From IMG/VR virus record IMGVR_UViG_3300009159_008491, positions 1 to 64,000 of that record: a stretch of DNA of 64,000 nucleotides; one strand, written 5' to 3'. Positions within the stretch are counted from its first letter, which is position 1. The number at the start of each line of letters is the position of its first letter. Positions 1 to 8,902 of the stretch are shown piece by piece. The DNA is from a virus. The translations under genes were made by a program, and so were the position numbers. The notes beneath the pieces were generated by a model. It had not been told where the DNA came from. It was given only the letters and a program-made list of their open reading frames with translations, and ran no database searches.

Positions 1-1
1 T

Positions 2-1309
2 GCAGGAAGTAGAGGAACATCTGGATCATCCGGAAGTTCTGGTAGTGCAGGTAGTTCAGGTTCTGCAGGTAGCGCAGGATCAAGTGGTAGTGCAGGTAGT
101 TCAGGAAGTTCTGGTGCTAATGGAACATCTGGTTCAGCAGGTAGTGCAGGAACTAGTGGTAGCTCAGGAAGTAGAGGCACATCTGGTTCATCAGGAAGTT
201 CAGGATCAAGTGGTAGTGCAGGTAGTGCAGGTACATCTGGTAGCTCAGGTAGCTCAGGTGGTTCAGGTAGTGCTGGTGCTGATGGTTCATCTGGTACAGC
301 AGGTAGTTCTGGTATATCAGGTATGGATGGTTCTAATAGTGGAAGATGGATATTTACTGACGTAAATGGAACCTCTCCAGTAGATCCGCAGGCAAATAAC
401 TTTGTTTCTAATAATGGTGATGGAAATACTTTAGCTAGTACTTCACAATTATCAATCAATATAGCTTCTCAAGGTGGAGTAAATTATTATTCATGGCTTA
501 GTGCTATGAAGACTTTAAGAGATGTAGGAAATACAGTCTATCTTCAAATTTATGAGGTATCAGACACTAAAAATTTACTTATATGGGAAATAGATACTAT
601 ACAAGATGCTACAACTTATTTTAATATTAATCGTGGTCTTGTATTAGCCGCAAATGGCACGTGGACAAACGATAAAATCTATACTATTTCATTTGTTGCT
701 AACGGATTAAATGGTTCATCAGGAAGTTCAGGGGAAGCTGGATCATCAGGTAGTGCAGGAACTAGTGGTAGCTCAGGAAGTAGAGGCACATCTGGTTCAT
801 CAGGAAGTTCAGGATCAAGTGGTAGTGCAGGTAGTGCAGGTACATCTGGTAGCGCAGGAAGTTCCGGTGCTAATGGTACATCCGGTAGTGCAGGTTCATC
901 TGGTTCTGCAGGAAGTGCAGGTTCTAGTGGTAGTTCAGGTGGCACAGGTACATCAGGTAGTTCAGGAAGTTCTGGTGCTAATGGCACATCAGGTAGTTCA
1001 GGAAGTTCTGGTGCTAATGGCACATCAGGTAGTTCAGGAAGTTCTGGTGCTAATGGCACATCAGGTAGTTCAGGAAGTTCTGGTACATCAGGTTTAGCAG
1101 GAAGTGCAGGTTCTAGTGGTAGTTCAGGTGGCACAGGTACATCAGGTAGTTCAGGAAGTTCTGGTGCTAATGGTACATCAGGTAGTGCAGGTTCATCTGG
1201 CTCTGCAGGTAGTTCAGGTTCATCTGGTAGTTCAGGTGCAAACGGTACTTCCGGTAGTTCAGGAGCATCTTATCAACAAATGTTAATAATAGCCTCATTA
1301 GGAGTATAA
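2..1309 (+). CDS. Collagen-like Gly-Ser/Ala/Thr-rich fibre protein, 5'-partial
   Basis: Frame of ORF 323..1309 is open back to base 2 (AGSRGTSGSSGSSGSAG...); Gly every third residue; ~120-aa globular insert; hydrophobic C-terminus QQMLIIASLGV. Confidence 0.85.
   Translation, partial: AGSRGTSGSSGSSGSAGSSGSAGSAGSSGSAGSSGSSGANGTSGSAGSAGTSGSSGSRGTSGSSGSSGSSGSAGSAGTSGSSGSSGGSGSAGADGSSGTAGSSGISGMDGSNSGRWIFTDVNGTSPVDPQANNFVSNNGDGNTLASTSQLSINIASQGGVNYYSWLSAMKTLRDVGNTVYLQIYEVSDTKNLLIWEIDTIQDATTYFNINRGLVLAANGTWTNDKIYTISFVANGLNGSSGSSGEAGSSGSAGTSGSSGSRGTSGSSGSSGSSGSAGSAGTSGSAGSSGANGTSGSAGSSGSAGSAGSSGSSGGTGTSGSSGSSGANGTSGSSGSSGANGTSGSSGSSGANGTSGSSGSSGTSGLAGSAGSSGSSGGTGTSGSSGSSGANGTSGSAGSSGSAGSSGSSGSSGANGTSGSSGASYQQMLIIASLGV
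138..853 (+). repeat. 107-bp exact direct repeat (138-244 and 747-853) flanking the globular domain of the fibre gene
   Basis: caggtagtgcaggaactagtggtagctcaggaagtagaggcaca...catctggtagc is identical in both copies; offset 609 bp (in frame). Confidence 0.9.
974..1081 (+). repeat. 3 x 36-bp perfect tandem repeat (GANGTSGSSGSS)
   Basis: ggtgctaatggcacatcaggtagttcaggaagttct at 974, 1010 and 1046; also a ~77-bp duplication at 908-984 / 1097-1173. Confidence 0.92.
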
Positions 1310-1328
1310 AATATAATATAATAAAAAT

Positions 1329-2234
1329 ATGATATTAGATTCAACAACAGACGCATTAAATGTTTTTTTATCAGGTAATGTGCAAACTTCTCAACTTGAT
1401 GTTTGCTCTGCTTATAATATTATTACTTCAACATCTTTGACTCCTGCTAAAATTCAAAATACCACAAGTGATTTAGCTCCAATAAATATTTTACCTCCTC
1501 CAAGTTCTGGACAACAAACTCAATTAAGATTTTGTTCAATATATAATGCAGATTCAACTAATGCTACTGTTACAATTGAATATACAGGAAATACAGGAAG
1601 ATCTATAATTTTTCTATCAAGTATTGATCCCGGAGACTCAGTTCAATATACACAAAATAGAGGATGGAGAACTTTTGGTGCCATGGGTCAAGAAAGAATA
1701 TTGGGTATGAATGATGCTCCCGGAGAATTAAGATTACCTCCTAATCTTAAACCGGTAGGTGTAACAGATATATTAACTTGTACAAGTGGTACAGATTATG
1801 GTTTTTATTTAGGTAAAGCGGATAGACCTTATTCTAATATAAAAATAAGATATAATGTTACTAATAGTCCCACTTCAATAACTTGGGCAGAAGCTGCTAT
1901 TTATAAAACATTTATAAAATTGGCTTCTGCTACAACAGTTGTTAATTATTGTGGTTTTGTAAGTATTTCAACTGATATTGGTACAACGGGAAATAAAACT
2001 GCAACAATAAATGTTACAGGAATTACAGAAAATGATGATTTATTTCTTGTTATAGGATCTGTTTTTGGGGCTGGTACATTCGCTGTAAGAGCAGGAATAC
2101 CAGATATTATAAGTACAGGTAGTGTTGGGTCAGTTGCAGGAAGTTTAAGACCATCAACAAATACGAGTTTGACATTAACAACGTCAGCAGCTCTTAATCA
2201 TGCTTGGGTTGCTTGGCAAGGATCTCAATGGTAA
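1329..2234 (+). CDS. Putative fibre-associated/tip protein, paralogue 1
   Basis: Beta-rich, Thr/Ser-rich; shares MILDxTTD, QLRFCSxYN, YLGKADR, ITWAEAAIY and GSLRPSTN with the next three ORFs. Confidence 0.6.
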   Translation: MILDSTTDALNVFLSGNVQTSQLDVCSAYNIITSTSLTPAKIQNTTSDLAPINILPPPSSGQQTQLRFCSIYNADSTNATVTIEYTGNTGRSIIFLSSIDPGDSVQYTQNRGWRTFGAMGQERILGMNDAPGELRLPPNLKPVGVTDILTCTSGTDYGFYLGKADRPYSNIKIRYNVTNSPTSITWAEAAIYKTFIKLASATTVVNYCGFVSISTDIGTTGNKTATINVTGITENDDLFLVIGSVFGAGTFAVRAGIPDIISTGSVGSVAGSLRPSTNTSLTLTTSAALNHAWVAWQGSQW

Positions 2235-2246
2235 AAAAATATAAAT

Positions 2247-3182
2247 ATGATATTAGATACAACAACGGATTCTATAGAAGTAAAATTAGCAGCCGCACAT
2301 ACAACAAGGGCTTTGCAATTTTATGCTTCATATCATATTATTGATTCAACTAGTTTTATATTTACTCCAACCAAAAATTTCGGTTCAACAAATGGTACAA
2401 CTGCAGTAACAATGGTTCCTGCTCCAACCTCTAGTAAATTAAATCAATTAAGATCTTGTTCAGTTTATAATTGTGATTCAATTGATCATACGGTTACAAT
2501 TCAAATAAATTCATCATCTAATTTGAGAACAGTATATTCTGTTATAATTAAAGTAGGAGAACAAATTCAATTTACACTTTATGAAGGATGGAAAATATTT
2601 AATGTGGATGGAATTTTAAAAACTTCTAGTTCTGTAATTGGGGGTCCTGCAGTAAAACAAAGTATAATACCAAACTTTCAAGGCACTGCAGGAGGTACTT
2701 CACAAACAAGTGGAACAGATTTTGCTTATTATCTAGGAAAAGCAGATAGAAGTTATGACTCTGTAACTGTACAGATAAATGTTACTTCTGCTGTTGTTGG
2801 AGCAATAACATGGGCAGAAGCTGCGATATATAAAGGATACCCATCAATTGGAAGTAATGTAACACTTACAAGATGTGGTTTTGTTGATGTTTCCACTGGC
2901 TCCAATCATGGTGTGAATGCAACTGGTAATAAAACAATCGTTATACCAATAACAGATAAGAATTTATTTGTTGGTGATGATATATGGTTTGTTTTTGGGT
3001 GTGTAGTTGCAACTACAGGTCCAGCTTTCAAACATATAGGTTATGCAGATAATATAGGTTCTGGTATTGTACAAAGTGCAACTGGAAGTTTAAGACCATC
3101 AACAAACTCAAGTATATCATTTACTTTATCTACAACAATATTAACAATATTTGCTGCATGGTACGGAGCACAAAACGTATAA
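2247..3182 (+). CDS. Putative fibre-associated/tip protein, paralogue 2
   Basis: Same family motifs; very similar to paralogue 3. Confidence 0.6.
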   Translation: MILDTTTDSIEVKLAAAHTTRALQFYASYHIIDSTSFIFTPTKNFGSTNGTTAVTMVPAPTSSKLNQLRSCSVYNCDSIDHTVTIQINSSSNLRTVYSVIIKVGEQIQFTLYEGWKIFNVDGILKTSSSVIGGPAVKQSIIPNFQGTAGGTSQTSGTDFAYYLGKADRSYDSVTVQINVTSAVVGAITWAEAAIYKGYPSIGSNVTLTRCGFVDVSTGSNHGVNATGNKTIVIPITDKNLFVGDDIWFVFGCVVATTGPAFKHIGYADNIGSGIVQSATGSLRPSTNSSISFTLSTTILTIFAAWYGAQNV

Positions 3183-3186
3183 AAAA

Positions 3187-4122
3187 ATGACATTAGATAC
3201 AACAACAGATTCAATAGAAGTAAGATTAGCAGCCGCTCATACAACTAGAGCTTTGCAGTTTTTTGCTTCTTATACCAACCTTAATGTTTCTAGTGCTACG
3301 AATACTCCAACAAAAAACTTTGGTTCAACAAATGGCACAACTGCAGTAACAATGGTTCCTGCACCAACTTCTGGAGTAATAAATCAACTAAGATTTTGTT
3401 CAGTTTATAATTGCGATTCTGTTGATCATACGGTTACAATTCAAGTAAATTCATCATCTAATTTGAGAACAGTATTTTCTGTTATAATTAAAGTAGGAGA
3501 ACAAATTCAGTTTACACTTGGCGAAGGTTGGAAAATATTCAATGTGGATGGTATTTTAAAAACTTCCAATTCCACTATCGGCACTTCAGCAGTAAAGTCT
3601 GCAGCTTCTATTTTCAATCAACAAGCAAGTGTTAATTCATCATATACTTCAGGTACTGATTATGCTCAATATTTGGGCAAAGCAGATAGGAATTATGATA
3701 CAGTAACAATTCAATTGGATATTCCAAACATAGTTGGTGCAACCATAACATGGGCTGAGGCTGCAATATACAAGGGTTATCCATCCATAGGAAGTAATGT
3801 AACGCTCACAAGGTGTGGTTGGGTGGATATTTCTACTGGAACAAATCATGGTGTTAATAGTACCGGAAATAAAACTATTGTAATTCCAATAATAGATAAC
3901 AATTTATTTGTTGGAGACGAAATTTGGTTTGTTATTGGATATGTTAATACCGGCGGTTCAGGTACATTAAGGATTGGTTCTTTAGGAGACAATATTGGAG
4001 CCGGTTTGGTACAGACAGCCACCGGAAGTTTAAGACCATCAACCAATTCAAGCATATCTTTCGCCATATCTTTAACACGTGCACCAATATTTGTTACATG
4101 GCAAGGTACTCAAAATGTTTAA
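3187..4122 (+). CDS. Putative fibre-associated/tip protein, paralogue 3 (start corrected to ATG 3187)
   Basis: MTLDTTTDSIEV aligns with MILDTTTDSIEV of paralogue 2; ATG follows an A-run just after the previous stop. Confidence 0.65.
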   Translation: MTLDTTTDSIEVRLAAAHTTRALQFFASYTNLNVSSATNTPTKNFGSTNGTTAVTMVPAPTSGVINQLRFCSVYNCDSVDHTVTIQVNSSSNLRTVFSVIIKVGEQIQFTLGEGWKIFNVDGILKTSNSTIGTSAVKSAASIFNQQASVNSSYTSGTDYAQYLGKADRNYDTVTIQLDIPNIVGATITWAEAAIYKGYPSIGSNVTLTRCGWVDISTGTNHGVNSTGNKTIVIPIIDNNLFVGDEIWFVIGYVNTGGSGTLRIGSLGDNIGAGLVQTATGSLRPSTNSSISFAISLTRAPIFVTWQGTQNV

Positions 4123-4143
4123 AATTAAAAACAATAATAAAAA

Positions 4144-5055
4144 ATGGTAATAGACAATACAAACGAAACTATAGAACTTGTTTTAGCTGGTGCAGTAACA
4201 ACTAGCCAAGCAACTTTTACTTGTTCTTTTAATGAAATTTCATCTACAACTTTTACAGGAAATGAAACAAATGGTACAAGTAATAATACCACTGCAGTTA
4301 CATTGATTTCTAGTCCTTCAGCTGGATTTCAAAGACAATTGAGGGAGTTAATAATTGAAAATAATGACACCGCAACTATGACTGTTACCATTAGATATAA
4401 TAATACATCAGTAACAAGAATTATAATGAAGGCAATTATTGATTCTGGTGATAGTTTAACTTATACAGCAGATGGTGGATGGAATTGTAAAAATACAAAT
4501 GGCTCAATTAGGTATTATAATATTCATGTAAATCAAACAGGCAATATTAGAGGTCCTGAATATTTTAATTTAGCTACTTCAGCTAGTAGTGTTTCGCTTT
4601 CAACTACTGTTGTTGGTCAATATTTAGGTAAGGCGGAAAAAGCATACGCTTCAATAGATTTCAGATACCAAGTAGATACGGCAGCTGTTACAATAACTTT
4701 TTGTGAACTTGCTGTGTATAGAATATCAAATAGACTTAGTATAGGAACTCAACAAGTATGGACTAGATTAGGTTATACAGATACATCAGGAATTTGGAAT
4801 AGTACTGGCTTAAAAACAACTAACGTTGCTCTTACAGGATGTAGAACTGGTGATGATTTATATGCAATTTGGGCAAGTAATGCTACAACATCAATGGCAC
4901 CAAGAGGTGGCAACATAGCTGATCCAACATCATCTATTCTACAAACAACAACAAATACTGTTTCAAGTTGGAGGCCTAGTACATCTCCTTTATATCAAGC
5001 AACAAGTTTTACAGCAGCTGCAGCTGCTATATGGTTTAATTGGCAAGGCAATTAA
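4144..5055 (+). CDS. Putative fibre-associated/tip protein, paralogue 4 (most divergent)
   Basis: MVIDNTNETIE, RQLRE, YLGKAEK, ITFCELAVY, WRPST motifs. Confidence 0.6.
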   Translation: MVIDNTNETIELVLAGAVTTSQATFTCSFNEISSTTFTGNETNGTSNNTTAVTLISSPSAGFQRQLRELIIENNDTATMTVTIRYNNTSVTRIIMKAIIDSGDSLTYTADGGWNCKNTNGSIRYYNIHVNQTGNIRGPEYFNLATSASSVSLSTTVVGQYLGKAEKAYASIDFRYQVDTAAVTITFCELAVYRISNRLSIGTQQVWTRLGYTDTSGIWNSTGLKTTNVALTGCRTGDDLYAIWASNATTSMAPRGGNIADPTSSILQTTTNTVSSWRPSTSPLYQATSFTAAAAAIWFNWQGN

Positions 5056-7418
5056 ATAAACTTGCTCAATTTATCTATTACTGTATTTGATTTTATAGAT
5101 TTAGTACATTCAAATTGTCTTGAAGTTCCTTTGTGTCTTGGGCACCAATTCCAATCTGATGGATCTAAACGAAAATCATTAAAACAACCATTACATGTAT
5201 TTATTGGATCGTTGACAAATATTCTTTCGCAATCTGTCATTTCACAATTAGGTCTTGAAAATCCACTTATTAAAAATATTTTTTTATCAAGTGCCCACGC
5301 AACCCATGAAAGACCACTTCCAAGACCAATAAACCCTTCAGAATGATATAAAATGTTACATATTTCTTTTATAGATTTATCATTAATTTTAATTACTCCT
5401 TTAGGATTTTTATTTCCCATATAATCATCTGGTTCTTTAGAAAGTAAAAGAACATCATAACCTTTTGATTTTATGTAATCAACAACTTCCTGCCATCCAT
5501 TAGGATTGTTCCAATATTTTGCTTGAGCTGTTGAGTGGTTAGCTATACAAAAATATTTATTTTCTATTGGTCTTTCACTTGGAATAAAATCAATTTTTGG
5601 TTTTACTTCTTTAAAATCTAATCCAAGAATATCTGTTGCTGTTTTTTGTAAATGTTGATCTCTAAAGTTTAAGGGATTTTTACTAGAAACAAATTCATTT
5701 TTATCATCATAAAACCATCCAATAGTAAACATTTTATATAAGTTGTGAACTATGGATCCGGGTTTAACAAATTCTATTTCAGGATAATTTTTTTCAAAGA
5801 AATCATTATGGAATGTAGAACAAATAACTTTTGCATTATGTGTTTTCCTAAATTCATCAACTTGTGGAAACCATGCAATAGTATCTCCTAAGGAAGAAGA
5901 ATCTAAATGTATATATACTCTTTGGTTTTCAAAAGAAGGTTTTAAAATATGTTTTTCATTTTCTACTTTATATTCAATAAAAAAATCTCTATGATATTCT
6001 CTATTTAATTGACCAAACATATTATTTTTTAAAGTCGTTTCATATAAAAGATTTTTTGTTTCTTCATCAAAGAATCTAAATTTCACTTCTGTTTGATCAT
6101 CACATTCTAAATTAATTTTAGGTTCTTTAAAATAGTTTAAGCTAACTTCAACATTTTTTTTCTTTTTGGTTTTACTTAAAATGGGAGATTCTTTATAACC
6201 GTTAAGTAAAATATCTTTAAATTCTGTTTGATTGTTATCAATTTTCATAATATTGTTAGTTGAATTTAATTCTATAAATATTGCTCTGTGGTCTTGGTAA
6301 TTGAAATATATTGGACTTTTACTTTTAATTTTTTCAACAATTTCTTCAAGATTGTTTTTGCCAGATCTATTATTGTTTTGTAGGTGAGTATTATCACAAA
6401 AATAATTGATTATACAATTTATTTTCTTGGCAATATTCAAAATTTTATCACCATTATCAAATGAATTTATTCTTATGAATGCATAATCTAATTCAATAAA
6501 TTCATCTAAGAAAATATCATGGTCAAAAAATAAAACTTTTAATTTTTCTAACTGCTTTTGATCATAATGAAAATTAAAAAATCCAACTTTGCATCTTTTG
6601 TTTTCCCAGTTTAATTTACTTAAATATGTTGATTCGGCAGCTTCGTATACATCATCAAAAAAATCATTTTTTCTTGGGTAAATTAAGTTTAGTTTTTTTC
6701 TTCTTTCTTTTGCTTCTTTGATTAATATTACTTCTCCTCTAATGTTCCAGTTTCTAAAATTTTCTGAATCCCAATGTTGTCTTGCTAAATAAGTTGTTCT
6801 AGGAATTGTTAACCATTTCCCTTTTTCTTCAAGGTTGATAAGCCACTGAGCATCATTTGATGTACAAACATCACTGTCTTCATGAACTTTAAAATTTAAA
6901 TTTGGTATATTTCTAAATATTCTTAGATAACCAAAAATTCCACTTCTATCAGGTGTCAATCTTTCAAAGGCCTCTAAAAAAGAATCATTATCTCTTGAAA
7001 TATAAACATTGTTTATAAATGAATTAAGAAAGTTATCTTTTGAATCAGGAAGGTTATCTTGATGTTTATTGGCATTAAAATGTAGAAAAATTACATCTGG
7101 AAACTTTTTAAAATAATAAACTATTTTTTCAAATGTATTTGGTAATATCTTATCATCTCCGTCAATAGGACAAACAATATCTCCCTTTGCGTGTAATTGA
7201 GGGTTCCACCAAATTTCTTTTTTATAATTAGGCTCTACGATTTTTATTCTTTTATCATGGTTGGCTAATGCTATAAGTTTTTCTTTTGTTTTATCAGTAG
7301 AAAAATCATCAGCTATAATCCATTCCCAATCTTTATAAGATTGACTTAAAATAGATTCAGATAATTCTTTGATGTAATTTTCTGAGTTGTAAAAAGAAGT
7401 TACGATTGATAATTTCAT
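5052..7418 (-). CDS. GT2 glycosyltransferase fused to an Aah/TibC-like (BAHT) O-heptosyltransferase
   Basis: N-term SIVTSFYN..ADDFSTD..IDGDD (GT2); C-term SSLGDTIAWFP..F, STAQAKYWNNP.GW, FIGLGSGLSWVAWA and iron finger CNGC...WCPRHKGTSRQFECT characteristic of TibC/Aah. Confidence 0.85.
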   Translation of the reverse strand: MKLSIVTSFYNSENYIKELSESILSQSYKDWEWIIADDFSTDKTKEKLIALANHDKRIKIVEPNYKKEIWWNPQLHAKGDIVCPIDGDDKILPNTFEKIVYYFKKFPDVIFLHFNANKHQDNLPDSKDNFLNSFINNVYISRDNDSFLEAFERLTPDRSGIFGYLRIFRNIPNLNFKVHEDSDVCTSNDAQWLINLEEKGKWLTIPRTTYLARQHWDSENFRNWNIRGEVILIKEAKERRKKLNLIYPRKNDFFDDVYEAAESTYLSKLNWENKRCKVGFFNFHYDQKQLEKLKVLFFDHDIFLDEFIELDYAFIRINSFDNGDKILNIAKKINCIINYFCDNTHLQNNNRSGKNNLEEIVEKIKSKSPIYFNYQDHRAIFIELNSTNNIMKIDNNQTEFKDILLNGYKESPILSKTKKKKNVEVSLNYFKEPKINLECDDQTEVKFRFFDEETKNLLYETTLKNNMFGQLNREYHRDFFIEYKVENEKHILKPSFENQRVYIHLDSSSLGDTIAWFPQVDEFRKTHNAKVICSTFHNDFFEKNYPEIEFVKPGSIVHNLYKMFTIGWFYDDKNEFVSSKNPLNFRDQHLQKTATDILGLDFKEVKPKIDFIPSERPIENKYFCIANHSTAQAKYWNNPNGWQEVVDYIKSKGYDVLLLSKEPDDYMGNKNPKGVIKINDKSIKEICNILYHSEGFIGLGSGLSWVAWALDKKIFLISGFSRPNCEMTDCERIFVNDPINTCNGCFNDFRLDPSDWNWCPRHKGTSRQFECTKSIKSNTVIDKLSKFI

Positions 7419-7419
7419 G

Positions 7420-8349
7420 TTATATTAATTTACTTACTGTGGTACTTTCTTCTAAAAATTTTTGTGTATTTGAATCATATAAATCTACATCCATATAAAG
7501 CATATTGTTTCCGAATATTTTTACATAATGTGTGTTTTTTTTAAGTTTAATTAAATTAAAATTTCCACTTTCTAACCAAAAATTATATACATTGCTATCT
7601 TCTATTATATTAAAAATCATAGGTTCTTTTGAATAGTTATAACATAAAACATAATAATCGCCATTGTGTGGAAAAACTATGCCCCAGTAAAGAAAATCTC
7701 CTGAGCATAATCCGGTTGAAAAATTTTCATTAGTAGCTATTAAATTAAAATCTTTCTTATATACATTATTCTTAAGAAATCTAGTGTGTAAAAATTCTTC
7801 ACATAAAATATCTAAATTTTCTAATAATTTATTTTCGTCATATAAAAAGTCAGAATAATTTAATTTATTTAAGTTAATACATAAATAATTACCACTCATC
7901 CATTCTTGATTAAAGTATCCAACAGCATTATAATTAGAACTTCTTAAAATATTTAAATTTTCATTAAACTCTTTTATGCTTGATATTTTACTATCGTATT
8001 CAACATAATGTACAACATCGTATTTTAAAGTTTTTGCCATTGTGAATCCATTAAATAAAATTCTCATTACAGCTAAAAAAGTATTTTGTCTAGCCGGTAA
8101 CTTAGATGCAAGATCTACTAATTGACTAGAAAAACTTGAATATCCAATATATTTTTTATCAGTTAATAATTTATTTTCTTTATCATATATGAAGTAATCA
8201 CATTTTCTTAAAATTATTTCTTCTGGAGCTATATGAGAACTAATCATTACTTCTTTTCCATTTTCTTTGAAAAAATTAACTAAATCTAACAATAGATCTT
8301 TTTTTTCTTTCGTATTTGAATAGTCTCCTATTAAAATTAAATCTTTCAT
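7420..8349 (-). CDS. Hypothetical protein in glyco operon (possible GT-A-like)
   Basis: 309-aa ORF coupled within the operon; YDVVHYVEYD resembles a DxD-type strand. Confidence 0.5.
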   Translation of the reverse strand: MKDLILIGDYSNTKEKKDLLLDLVNFFKENGKEVMISSHIAPEEIILRKCDYFIYDKENKLLTDKKYIGYSSFSSQLVDLASKLPARQNTFLAVMRILFNGFTMAKTLKYDVVHYVEYDSKISSIKEFNENLNILRSSNYNAVGYFNQEWMSGNYLCINLNKLNYSDFLYDENKLLENLDILCEEFLHTRFLKNNVYKKDFNLIATNENFSTGLCSGDFLYWGIVFPHNGDYYVLCYNYSKEPMIFNIIEDSNVYNFWLESGNFNLIKLKKNTHYVKIFGNNMLYMDVDLYDSNTQKFLEESTTVSKLI

Positions 8350-8350
8350 A

Positions 8351-8902
8351 CTAACTCAAATAAATGTTTTTTCTTTTTTTAATAAATTTGATTGGTGTTC
8401 CAGCAACAACATCAAATGGATTTGTATTTTTGTTTACTAATGAATTTGAGCCAACTGAAGTAGCAAATTCTAAAACAGTTTCAGGTAAAATAACAGTATT
8501 GCATCCTATAACTACGTGTTTTCTTATTAGAATATCACCAGTTTTAACTTTTTTAAATTCATCAGCAACAACGGAATTTGTCATATACCCTTCCGTATAA
8601 TCATCATTAGATGTATACAATATGCAACGAGCAGAAGTACAAGTATAATCTTCTAATGTTATATTACCACTATTACCATAATAATAACAACCTGCAGAAA
8701 TATGAACATTATTACCTATAGATATTTTACTATCTTTTCCTGCAATCAAAATACATTGTGAATCTATTCTTACGTTATTACCTATAGTGATGTTTTGAGG
8801 GTTATGAAATATAACATCGTTAGAAATAAAAACATTTTCACCAATAGTTAAATTTGATTCCAAAAGTTCTTCTCTAGAATAATTTTTGAATGTTCTGATC
8901 AT
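8351..8902 (-). CDS. Hexapeptide-repeat (LbH) sugar acetyltransferase
   Basis: IGENVFI/IGNNVRI/IGNNVHI repeats; VVAGTPIKFIKKR C-terminus. Confidence 0.9.
   Translation of the reverse strand: MIRTFKNYSREELLESNLTIGENVFISNDVIFHNPQNITIGNNVRIDSQCILIAGKDSKISIGNNVHISAGCYYYGNSGNITLEDYTCTSARCILYTSNDDYTEGYMTNSVVADEFKKVKTGDILIRKHVVIGCNTVILPETVLEFATSVGSNSLVNKNTNPFDVVAGTPIKFIKKRKNIYLS

Noticed and set aside
1-1260. CRISPR array (36-bp repeats)
   Set aside because: Repeats are contiguous coding units with no spacers and no cas genes
45-1286. V/Q-rich ORFs 45..365, 711..1097 and 1104..1286, and antisense PEL-repeat ORF 679..1134
   Set aside because: Shadow frames of the Gly-Ser repeat; they stay open only because the repeat lacks stops
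2247-4122. Diversity-generating retroelement template/variable repeat pair
   Set aside because: Both copies are full genes, differences are not adenine-specific, and no reverse transcriptase is in the window
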